From Candidatus Jordarchaeia archaeon (GTDB taxonomy: Archaea; Asgardarchaeota; Jordiarchaeia; Jordiarchaeales; Jordiarchaeaceae), in contig JAHQXB010000149.1 in assembly GCA_029856435.1 (NCBI GenBank), positions 1-18,719 of the forward strand: DNA of 18,719 nt, read 5' to 3'. Below the pieces are notes generated by a model. The model did no database searches. It was not told the origin of the DNA and saw only the letters and a list, made by a program, of their open reading frames with translations. Shown here in pieces: positions 9,706 through 16,083 of the stretch (position 1 is its first letter; each line of letters begins with the position of its first letter). Made by a program: the position numbers and the translations under genes.

Positions 9706-10482
9706 TTGCCACGCATCAACTTGATACTAGCTTCCAGGTTCAGATCCTCGACTGAACGTGCTAGTATTCTTTTAGAAACTACGGACTTTGATGCACTCTT
9801 TTTGGGTTTTCCAGAAAATTTTGGAGAAAGTTTGAATCTTTACCGATTAGGAATTATAAGTGAGGAGGAGCTTTGGAACGACTATATAAATATGACAGGA
9901 TTATCAGGTCCTTTTGCAAATTCTTTAAGATATAGGCTAGAACCTCTAATCAAAAAATTACCCTTAATCGCACACGACCATGATTTTGAAATTTATGGAT
10001 TCGAAGATTTCCAATACCATATACGTTTAAGGGGGTTTGCTGAACAGCAACTTCTGCTGGAGTTCAAATCACGCGCAACAGGAAAGATAAATCCAGACGA
10101 GTGGCGTGCTCTACTTAGAGAAGAGTTAGAAACTACAAAACTTTTGGAGGAAAAAATTGTTAATAACCTTCAAGAAAAATGCGCGAAACATAACAATTCT
10201 GTTTTCATCTGCGCTGGACTTGTAAATAATATTAAGAGAAAACTTAGCCCCATCTTCAATGTCAAAGTCATCTGCTTAGAGCGTTACTGGAAATCTCCAC
10301 TAGAGGTTTTAAAAACACTCTTTATTCTAAAAGGATTTGATAACATTCCAGATAATATAGTCAAACTATGCATAAAACAGCACTTAGAGTACCTTGACTA
10401 TATACTCCTCTACGATAATATTGATACAGCCCACGAAGCTTGGGTCAGAGAACTTAAACCATATATGATCAAAAAAGGTTAG
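9706..10482 (+). CDS. Hypothetical protein (258 aa, alpha/beta)
   Basis: Long ORF with protein-like composition and a TTG start after a GGGGTGTGA SD-like site. No family recognised. Confidence 0.65.
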   Translation: MPRINLILASRFRSSTERASILLETTDFDALFLGFPENFGESLNLYRLGIISEEELWNDYINMTGLSGPFANSLRYRLEPLIKKLPLIAHDHDFEIYGFEDFQYHIRLRGFAEQQLLLEFKSRATGKINPDEWRALLREELETTKLLEEKIVNNLQEKCAKHNNSVFICAGLVNNIKRKLSPIFNVKVICLERYWKSPLEVLKTLFILKGFDNIPDNIVKLCIKQHLEYLDYILLYDNIDTAHEAWVRELKPYMIKKG

Positions 10483-10567
10483 ACTACATGTGAAAAACTA
10501 ATTTTTACTCTTGAAATCTCCAGAAACCAAAATAAAAAAGAGAGAGGTAGTTTTTTAGAGATGGTTT

Positions 10568-11833
10568 TTAGCTACTCTTTATAATGTATTCGGCGCATCT
10601 TCTAGCAAAGGCAATGTCCCCTCCAGCGTCTTCCCCGTTACATGTGTCTCCTGCAAGGTATAAACCCTTCATTGTGGCCGAAGCATCTGTTCTTTTATCT
10701 TTGGACTGAGTTGTAATTAGGGCTGCACCGTCTACAATATCAAGTATCATGGGCCTCACACATTTCACATTGCCTTTAGCCTCTGGAAACATTCTGTTAT
10801 ATAGTGTTTTGTATTCTCTGCAATTCCTTTTTTGCGGCTTAAATCTTTATTATGCTAGAAGGCTGTACAGAAAAAACTGTCAACAGCTGCTCTCCTAGCG
10901 GGGCCAAGCTTGGATTCATATTTGAGGTAAAGGTAGCGGTCATCCAAGGATCAGAGCACATGAAGGAATGGAAATCAGAAACCTTTTATGGAATCCGTAG
11001 TCGATAGATATCCCCACACTCAGCAGAATAGTCTTAGATTTAAGTCTCTTGGAAAGTTTTTCTTCTCCACCAAGCTAAACAAGTTTTGAACTGAAAACGC
11101 CACTATGTAACTTTGCTTCTATAGTTTCTTCCCTCGTTAACACTCCTTTGACTTCATTATTCTTCACAATAATTTTTTCCACTTAACCAACCCTCACTTC
11201 TCCATTAGACTCGGTTTCAGTTAGCTTATCTAGTATTGTCTTCCACCCGCCTATACCGTACGCTGCCCCATTACCGTTTTGACAAATACTAGAACTAGAT
11301 TGAAAAGTTCCCCGGTAGATGTCGCCGTCATATCTGCAGCAACCAGAAGTAGTTTGGTTAAAATTTCTTTTAAAAACCATTTAAGATTGCCACTCTTCAT
11401 ATTTTCTTCTGACCATTTCTCAACAGGGGTATCATAATACTCTTCTGACTTGCGTCAACATCTGTGTGAGCGCCGGTCCCAACTCTTCCCTATCCTTTTG
11501 GGTGAATATGGGTGTTGTTGAAAGCTTGTTATTAACAGGCAGGGGTAAATTTGTCCAACTATCTTTATAATACAATTTTTGCATTTCAGGTTCAACAATC
11601 TCCAATTTTTCGCTGATTCACTCGAAACCCTTGGCAGCAGCCTTATCTGCAAGCCTCAAAGCAGGAATACCAAAATCAACAATGTACCCCTTCTTATATT
11701 CGAAGGAATTACCCCTCTCTTCAACTCCAAGTTTCTCTTCCAAAACCAGCGTTTTAAATCCATCCTTCGCAAGGATAGCACCCGCAGACAAACCGGCAAC
11801 GCCGCCGCCTACAATAACCACATCCCAAGCCAT
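10568..11833 (-). pseudogene. Decayed phytoene-desaturase-family FAD-dependent oxidoreductase
   Basis: Intact N-terminal DVVIVGGGVAGLSAGAIL...LEE dinucleotide fold. Hand translation continues past TGA (11620-11618) as ISEKLEIVEPEMQ..., frameshifts to EEYYDTPVEKW..., frameshifts again to YGIGGWKTILDKL...GEVRVG*VEKIIVKNNEVKGV, and ends with GLYLAGD (ORF 10568-10792). Confidence 0.85.
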
Positions 11834-12215
11834 TCACAATCCTCCAAAAATTAAAATTTCTATTTTTTACATTGTAAATCACCTCCACCCTATTATATTT
11901 TCACCCCTAATGGCAGATTTTTACAAAAATGTTGACGAGAAAGCCTCCGACTACAGTCACAGAGAGGATCAAAGCAATCCCTTTAATATAAACTTAGCAT
12001 ATTTAGTTAGCTATGCCCCTTCCAATAAAGTTTTAGGGAGTAAAGCAGAATAAAAAAAATAAAAACCCTTTTTCATCCTAATTACAATTAATTTAATATT
12101 AAATCTATAAGACAAATAGCAGTAAAAAAAGGGTAACACTTAATTAGACAGATTTGTCGCACAATCATAGATTTTAAACAATTATATTATCAGTGGGCGA
12201 CCGGAGGCTCTCTCA

Positions 12216-13454
12216 ATGGAAGAGGTGGAATTAGATAAATTACCCGATTGGTTGCAGGATAATTTGGGTAAAAAATTGGAAGCGTTTAAGCGAGACGGAC
12301 AGAAATCCCGCGACAAAATCGCTGAACTCATAAATGATTTAAAAGACGCCTTCCAACGCTTAGGAAGCAAGGATGAGAGAGGAGTAAGCGAGCTTGCAAT
12401 GAAATCTGCCAACCGCTTCGTGGAAAAAGTGATTCCCCTAATTGAAAATTTTGGGATTCCAAACGAAATAACCTACAATAATTTGGAAACCTTGCAATAC
12501 AATCTGGAAAGGACTCTAAAAACAATTACTGAGCATGGTCAGAGATGGGTGCCCAAAATGGCCCCCCATTACAAGGCAGAAATCACTGAAATAGATATTT
12601 ACCTGAAAAAGTTGGGCGGAGAATACCAAGAACTGCAAAAGCTACTAGCAAAAAAACATCCCCACGTTAAGGATTACTACTCAATTTTTAGCATAATTGA
12701 AGAAATACAAAAAGAACAAAAAATTGCAAAAGAACTCCTAGAACAGAAATCAAAATTATCAGAAACACTCATTAAATTTGAAAAAGATAAAGAAGCGAAG
12801 CACAGCGAATTGAAAGAGATTAGAGAAGCCACCCTTGTGAGAAACATAACAGATGTAGAAAAGGAATTAAAGCAGGTAGAGGAAACCATACTTAGAGAGC
12901 TACGCTCCCTAGAGAAACCATTTAGAAAACTGGAAAAACTCGTTGCCGACGGAACAGTTAGCATTAGCGGGGAACAGAGACAAACTTTAAGAAACTATCT
13001 AGACATCCCCCTAAACACCTTCCTCTCCGAAGACCAAAACTGCTCCCAACTAAAATCCCTCCTCATCCGACTAAACGATGTTCTAGCAGCCGAAATGCTA
13101 GACCTCAAAGGCAGCAGACAAAAAAAGGCAATGGAACAAATCAGCAGAATCTTCCAAGAGAACATCTTATCCCTCCTCAAAAAGAAATATGTGGAGTTAG
13201 CCTCCGAAAAAGAAACATTAACAATACGCATAACTGAGAAGGGATTAACACAGAAACAGAAACATCTTGAAACCATAATGGAAGAACTCAACCAAAAAAG
13301 AGAAGACTTAAACACAGAAATATCCAGAATCGAAGCAGAACACCAAAAAAGTACCAGCCGAATAGAAAGCCACATCAAAAGACTAGAACAAAAAATAGAT
13401 AAATTAACAGGAACCAATATAAAAATCATCACACCCAACACAACCGAAACATAA
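12216..13454 (+). CDS. Uncharacterised long coiled-coil protein (412 aa)
   Basis: GGAGG SD before the ATG. E/K/L/Q-rich heptad-like helices throughout, with no Walker motifs or TM segment. Confidence 0.75.
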   Translation: MEEVELDKLPDWLQDNLGKKLEAFKRDGQKSRDKIAELINDLKDAFQRLGSKDERGVSELAMKSANRFVEKVIPLIENFGIPNEITYNNLETLQYNLERTLKTITEHGQRWVPKMAPHYKAEITEIDIYLKKLGGEYQELQKLLAKKHPHVKDYYSIFSIIEEIQKEQKIAKELLEQKSKLSETLIKFEKDKEAKHSELKEIREATLVRNITDVEKELKQVEETILRELRSLEKPFRKLEKLVADGTVSISGEQRQTLRNYLDIPLNTFLSEDQNCSQLKSLLIRLNDVLAAEMLDLKGSRQKKAMEQISRIFQENILSLLKKKYVELASEKETLTIRITEKGLTQKQKHLETIMEELNQKREDLNTEISRIEAEHQKSTSRIESHIKRLEQKIDKLTGTNIKIITPNTTET

Positions 13455-13553
13455 AAAAACAACCAGAAACACACAATAACAAAAATCAATAATAACAAGA
13501 ACAGAAGAAAAATTTTAATACAAACATTACCCACCCAGTCTCGAGGAATAATA

Positions 13554-13889
13554 ATGACCAAAAAAGAAACAGAAGACCAAGAAGACGAACTCACAGAACA
13601 CCTCCCACGCGAACGCTTCCAAACAGTTTTAGAATGGACCGGCTGGGGATCATTAGCCACCCTAATAGCCATCCTAGCAGCAATGATGCTAATCGAGGGA
13701 GTTGGCCTAAACTCAGAAACCTCCACCCTACTAATAATGTCTCTATACTTCTGGGGCTTATCTTGGGGCACAAACAAACTAGTTGAAGAAAACCCAGACG
13801 CTTGGAAACACTACTTCTTCTGGTGGACTGCAGCAGTAATACTAGGTGTAGCACTAAGCATAGCAGGAGTAGCCATTATACCAACATAA
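13554..13889 (+). CDS. Small membrane protein, about 3 TM helices, acidic N-terminus
   Basis: Three hydrophobic stretches (WGSLATLIAILAAMMLI, LLIMSLYFWGLSWG, YFFWWTAAVILGVALSIAGVAII). Codon usage matches its neighbours. Confidence 0.7.
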   Translation: MTKKETEDQEDELTEHLPRERFQTVLEWTGWGSLATLIAILAAMMLIEGVGLNSETSTLLIMSLYFWGLSWGTNKLVEENPDAWKHYFFWWTAAVILGVALSIAGVAIIPT

Positions 13890-13975
13890 AACAAAAAGGC
13901 AGTAAACACATTACAGGAAGTCCAAATAGGTTACGTATTTTAAAAACAGAAGCCTCCAAGAGAGGTGACACAAAA

Positions 13976-14329
13976 ATGGCAGACATCAAATCCGAACTAA
14001 TCGTCACAAAAATAGAACCTACAGACCTAAACAAAATACAAAAATACCAACTAACCTCCGAAAAAGAACAGTTAAACATCACAATAGAACTCCCCAAAGA
14101 ACTAACACCCCTAAAAGAAAACGATAAAGTCTACATCCAAATCAGCGACAAACCCCTAGAAACAAAAAACACCAAAATCGCTCTAGAAGGAAAAATAAGC
14201 CGAAAAACAAAAACAGAAGACAAATACATCTACCAAGCATCATTCGGCGGACTACAAATGAAAATAGAAACAAAAAAAGAAGAAAAAATACTCCAAACAA
14301 CACGAACCATCTACCTCAACATCACTTAA
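13976..14329 (+). CDS. rpo8: DNA-directed RNA polymerase subunit Rpo8 (RpoG; eukaryotic RPB8 homolog), 117 aa
   Basis: ATG at 13976 after an AGGTGA SD; the ORF track's 13802 start is over-extended. Beta-rich OB-fold-sized protein with ASFGGLQMKI, matching the RPB8/Rpo8 signature SFGGL(L)M. Confidence 0.78.
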   Translation: MADIKSELIVTKIEPTDLNKIQKYQLTSEKEQLNITIELPKELTPLKENDKVYIQISDKPLETKNTKIALEGKISRKTKTEDKYIYQASFGGLQMKIETKKEEKILQTTRTIYLNIT

Positions 14330-14370
14330 AAAACACAAAAACCCAGCAACCCATAGTACATCAGCCCTAG

Positions 14371-14384
14371 GAAAAATTTAAGTA
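14371..14384 (+). promoter_or_regulatory. BRE/TATA promoter of tRNA-Gly
   Basis: GAAAAA followed by TTTAAGTA, ending 27 nt before the tRNA 5' end. Confidence 0.65.
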
Positions 14385-14410
14385 TTAGTACAAGACGAAA
14401 TATCAAAAGT

Positions 14411-14518
14411 GCGGCTGTAGTCTAGCCTGGTTTAGGACCCAGGCCTTCCAAGCCTGTTACCCGGGTTCGAATGAAAAAGGAAGGAAGCTTCTTTCCGAAA
14501 TTCCCGGCAGCCGCACCA
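14411..14518 (+). tRNA. tRNA-Gly(TCC) with a 30-nt intron at 59/60; CCA encoded
   Basis: Acceptor GCGGCTG/CAGCCGC, D-stem GTCT/GGAC, anticodon stem CAGGC/GCCTG with TCC at 14447-14449, T-stem CCGGG/CCCGG. Spliced length is 78 nt. Confidence 0.95.
14472..14501 (+). other. tRNA-Gly intron, position 59/60, strict BHB
   Basis: Outer helix GGG/CCC, central helix TTCG/CGAA, bulges AA^T and AT^T, inner helix GAAA/TTTC. Confidence 0.92.
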
Positions 14519-14663
14519 AACCTACTTTTACTAAGCATAAGAATAGGAGTAAAGACAGAAATGTTTCAAGTAGGGCCTAGATCTGATTGAAAATAAACTG
14601 TTAATGAACTTGTAGAAAAAACAAAAATAGGGATGTTATGTGGTGCCGTCGGCCGGATTTGAA

Positions 14664-14693
14664 GTCGCCTTCTGCCAGGGACTCTGACAGCAT
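14664..14693 (-). other. tRNA-Phe intron 3 (30 nt), position 53/54, relaxed BHB
   Basis: Central helix CGCT/GGCG, bulges GG^A and AC^T, inner stem CTGTCAG/CTGGCAG. Confidence 0.88.
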
Positions 14694-14716
14694 CCAGCGA
14701 CAATCGGATCTTCAGT

Positions 14717-14747
14717 TTCGCCTTCCGTCAGAAAACTCTGACAGCAT
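14717..14747 (-). other. tRNA-Phe intron 2 (31 nt), position 30/31, BHB
   Basis: Outer helix AG/CT, central helix CGTC/GGCG, bulges GG^A and AA^A, inner stem CTGTCAGA/TCTGACGG. Confidence 0.88.
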
Positions 14748-14769
14748 CCGACGCTCTCCCGGGCTAAGC

Positions 14770-14793
14770 TTGTCGCTATTTTTTGCGAATAGT
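14770..14793 (-). other. tRNA-Phe intron 1 (24 nt), position 9/10, relaxed BHB
   Basis: Central helix GTCG (exon 4-7)/CGAC, bulges TA^A and AA^G, inner stem CTATT/AATAG, no outer helix. Confidence 0.85.
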
Positions 14794-14848
14794 TACGACG
14801 GCACCTGGGAGAATTTGGGCGACGGCAAAAACAAGTTTTTTTCACAAC

Positions 14849-14862
14849 TTATTAAATCTTTT
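14849..14862 (-). promoter_or_regulatory. Putative BRE/TATA promoter of tRNA-Phe
   Basis: On the minus strand, AAAAGA followed by TTTAATAA (14856-14849), just downstream of the tRNA-Val 3' end. Confidence 0.5.
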
Positions 14863-14877
14863 GTTTTTTTCTTGGGT

Positions 14878-14985
14878 TGGTGGGCGAGGCAGGATTGTCA
14901 GATATAGTGTCCAGAGCACTATACCTTTTGAACCTGCGACCTCCGCCACGTCAAGGCGGTGTCATGGCCGCTAGACTACTCGCCC
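14878..14985 (-). tRNA. tRNA-Val(GAC) with a 32-nt intron at 59/60; CCA encoded
   Basis: Acceptor GGGCGAG/CTCGCCC, anticodon stem CCGCC/GGCGG with loop TTGACGT, T-stem GCAGG/CCTGC. Spliced length is 76 nt. Confidence 0.94.
14895..14926 (-). other. tRNA-Val intron, position 59/60, BHB with a U-C mismatch in the central helix
   Basis: Central helix TTCA/TGAC, bulges AA^A and AA^T, 9-bp inner stem GGTATAGTG/CACTATATC. Confidence 0.9.
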
Positions 14986-15008
14986 TTTTTAGTGTTAACC
15001 TTTGTATC

Positions 15009-15030
15009 GTTTAAAATAATTAAGTTTTTC
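15009..15030 (-). promoter_or_regulatory. Putative BRE/TATA promoter of tRNA-Val
   Basis: Minus strand GAAAAACTTAATTATTTTAAAC, ending about 24 nt upstream of the tRNA. Confidence 0.5.
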
Positions 15031-15139
15031 GTGTGTGGGTTCTTGAAAGAGTAGGGGTTGAAGTGATTGCTGAATTTTTTGATAGGGGGATATATTTGTT
15101 TCGTGTTTTTTGTAGTAGTGTTTGGTGGACTCAGCGGGA

Positions 15140-15166
15140 GTTTCACCTTTTGAGTTTTCTCTTGGT
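15140..15166 (-). other. tRNA-Ala T-loop intron (27 nt), position 59/60, strict BHB
   Basis: Outer helix GGG/CCC, central helix TTCA/TGAA, bulges AA^A and AC^T, inner CC/GG plus a GAG-AAAA-CTC hairpin. Confidence 0.92.
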
Positions 15167-15203
15167 TTTGAACCCGCGGCCTCCTGGCTGCAAACCAGGC
15201 GCT

Positions 15204-15225
15204 CTTGGCTTCCTTTTTTGGGAAT
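15204..15225 (-). other. tRNA-Ala D-arm intron (22 nt), best register 22/23, relaxed BHB
   Basis: Central helix TGGA/GCCA (3 bp plus A-G), bulges AG^A twice, inner stem TTCC/GGAA. A flanking AAGA repeat makes the register formally ambiguous, but the mature sequence is the same. Confidence 0.82.
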
Positions 15226-15276
15226 CTTCCACTGAGCTATGAGCCCACCTATCCATGTTAGAAGTGTTGGGTGGTA

Positions 15277-15291
15277 GTATTTTAGTTTTTC
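15277..15291 (-). promoter_or_regulatory. Putative BRE/TATA promoter of tRNA-Ala
   Basis: Minus strand GAAAAACTAAAATAC, about 31 nt upstream of the tRNA. Confidence 0.45.
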
Positions 15292-15327
15292 GAATGGTTT
15301 TTGTTTATTTTTTTGTGTGTGGCTTTT

Positions 15328-15879
15328 TTATTTTAGTATTACGTAGGTAGTGGTTTTTGTTATGCCTTTGATTTTTCTCATTTCGTCGAGAGTTGTGTTT
15401 AGGTCTGCGATGTTTTTGGTTCCTAAGAATGCGACGATGTCGTGTTTGCCGCTTATTTCGTAGACTTTTTTTACTGCGGGGATTTTTAGTAGTGCTTGGG
15501 CGACTTGTGATGTGTGATATCCGGTGCTTGAGATGAACATGACCATGGTTTGGATGTCTTTTGGGGGGTCTTGTTTGTTTTTGAGGTATATTTCGCTTAG
15601 GATGATTCTTGTTTCCGTGGAGTCGATGCCGTTTGTTTCTCTTATTAGGTCTATGTATCCGTTCAGTTGTTCGATTGTGTTGGCTTTTAGTATGGCTACT
15701 AGGTCAAATTCGCCGCTTACTTCGTTTATGCTGGTTACTCCTGGTAATTGTAGAATGTCTTTTATTATGGCGTCGGGGTTACTTCCTGCCGTTGTTTCCA
15801 TCATTACTAGAGCTTCGACCCCTTCGGGGGTGCGCAAACATAATTCTGAAGCTTCATTTTTTGGCATTGCTAATTCCAA
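15328..15879 (-). CDS. Lrp/AsnC ligand-binding (RAM) domain protein with two tandem domains and no HTH
   Basis: Two repeats: LPGVTSINEVSGEFDLVAIL...IDLIRETNGIDSTETRIIL and IPAVKKVYEISGKHDIVAFL...LDEMRKIKGITKTTTYVIL. Start is uncertain (TTG 15879 or ATG 15867). Confidence 0.85.
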   Translation of the reverse strand: MELAMPKNEASELCLRTPEGVEALVMMETTAGSNPDAIIKDILQLPGVTSINEVSGEFDLVAILKANTIEQLNGYIDLIRETNGIDSTETRIILSEIYLKNKQDPPKDIQTMVMFISSTGYHTSQVAQALLKIPAVKKVYEISGKHDIVAFLGTKNIADLNTTLDEMRKIKGITKTTTYVILK

Positions 15880-16083
15880 CCATTTCAGTCAATTAGTTGC
15901 CTCCTAATCTGTAAGGACAGCCCTAAATATAACACTTTTCTAAACATAGAACAAATTTGTGTTCTAATGTATAAAGTGGCATACTAGTTAGAGGGTGAAT
16001 TTTCACTATTAAAATGGCTTTGGAGCGGAGTGTTATGGACTGGGGGTTGTGTTTGGAGTTTTTTATTAAATCTGGTGCTGTTT

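Larger units (their letters stand above)
14641..14802 (-). tRNA. tRNA-Phe(GAA) with three introns (9/10, 30/31, 53/54); CCA encoded
   Basis: Exons 14802-14794, 14769-14748, 14716-14694 and 14663-14641 join to GCCGTCGTAGCTTAGCCCGGGAGAGCGTCGGACTGAAGATCCGATTGTCGCTGGTTCAAATCCGGCCGACGGCACCA (77 nt). This has a perfect acceptor stem, G20, loop CTGAAGA with G37, and a TTCAAAT T-loop. Confidence 0.93.
15123..15246 (-). tRNA. tRNA-Ala(TGC) with two introns (about 22/23 and 59/60); CCA encoded
   Basis: Acceptor GGGCTCA/TGAGTCC with the G3-U70 alanine identity pair, anticodon stem CCTGG/CCAGG with loop TTTGCAG, T-stem GCGGG/CCCGC. Spliced length is 75 nt. Confidence 0.94.

Noticed and set aside
13802-13975. 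N-terminal extension of the 175-aa ORF
   Set aside because: It overlaps the upstream membrane gene. The SD AGGTGA and Rpo8 size support ATG 13976.
14664-14747. The repeat ACTCTGACAGCATCC as a CRISPR or MITE
   Set aside because: There are only two copies, fully explained as homologous tRNA introns, with no spacer array or cas genes.
14803-14826. A fourth tRNA-Phe intron within the acceptor stem
   Set aside because: All registers (1/2 to 7/8) were tested and none gives a complementary 4-bp BHB central helix. It is kept only as a leader-decoy hypothesis.
15189-15191. Reading the 15123-15246 tRNA as Cys (GCA)
   Set aside because: Stem geometry places TGC at 34-36, and the G3-U70 pair identifies Ala.
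14636-15242. ORF-track ORFs 14636-14845(-), 14638-14907(+), 14783-14974(+) and 15033-15242(+)
   Set aside because: They overlap or are antisense to the tRNA genes. Their repeated peptides reflect the duplicated tRNA-Phe introns.
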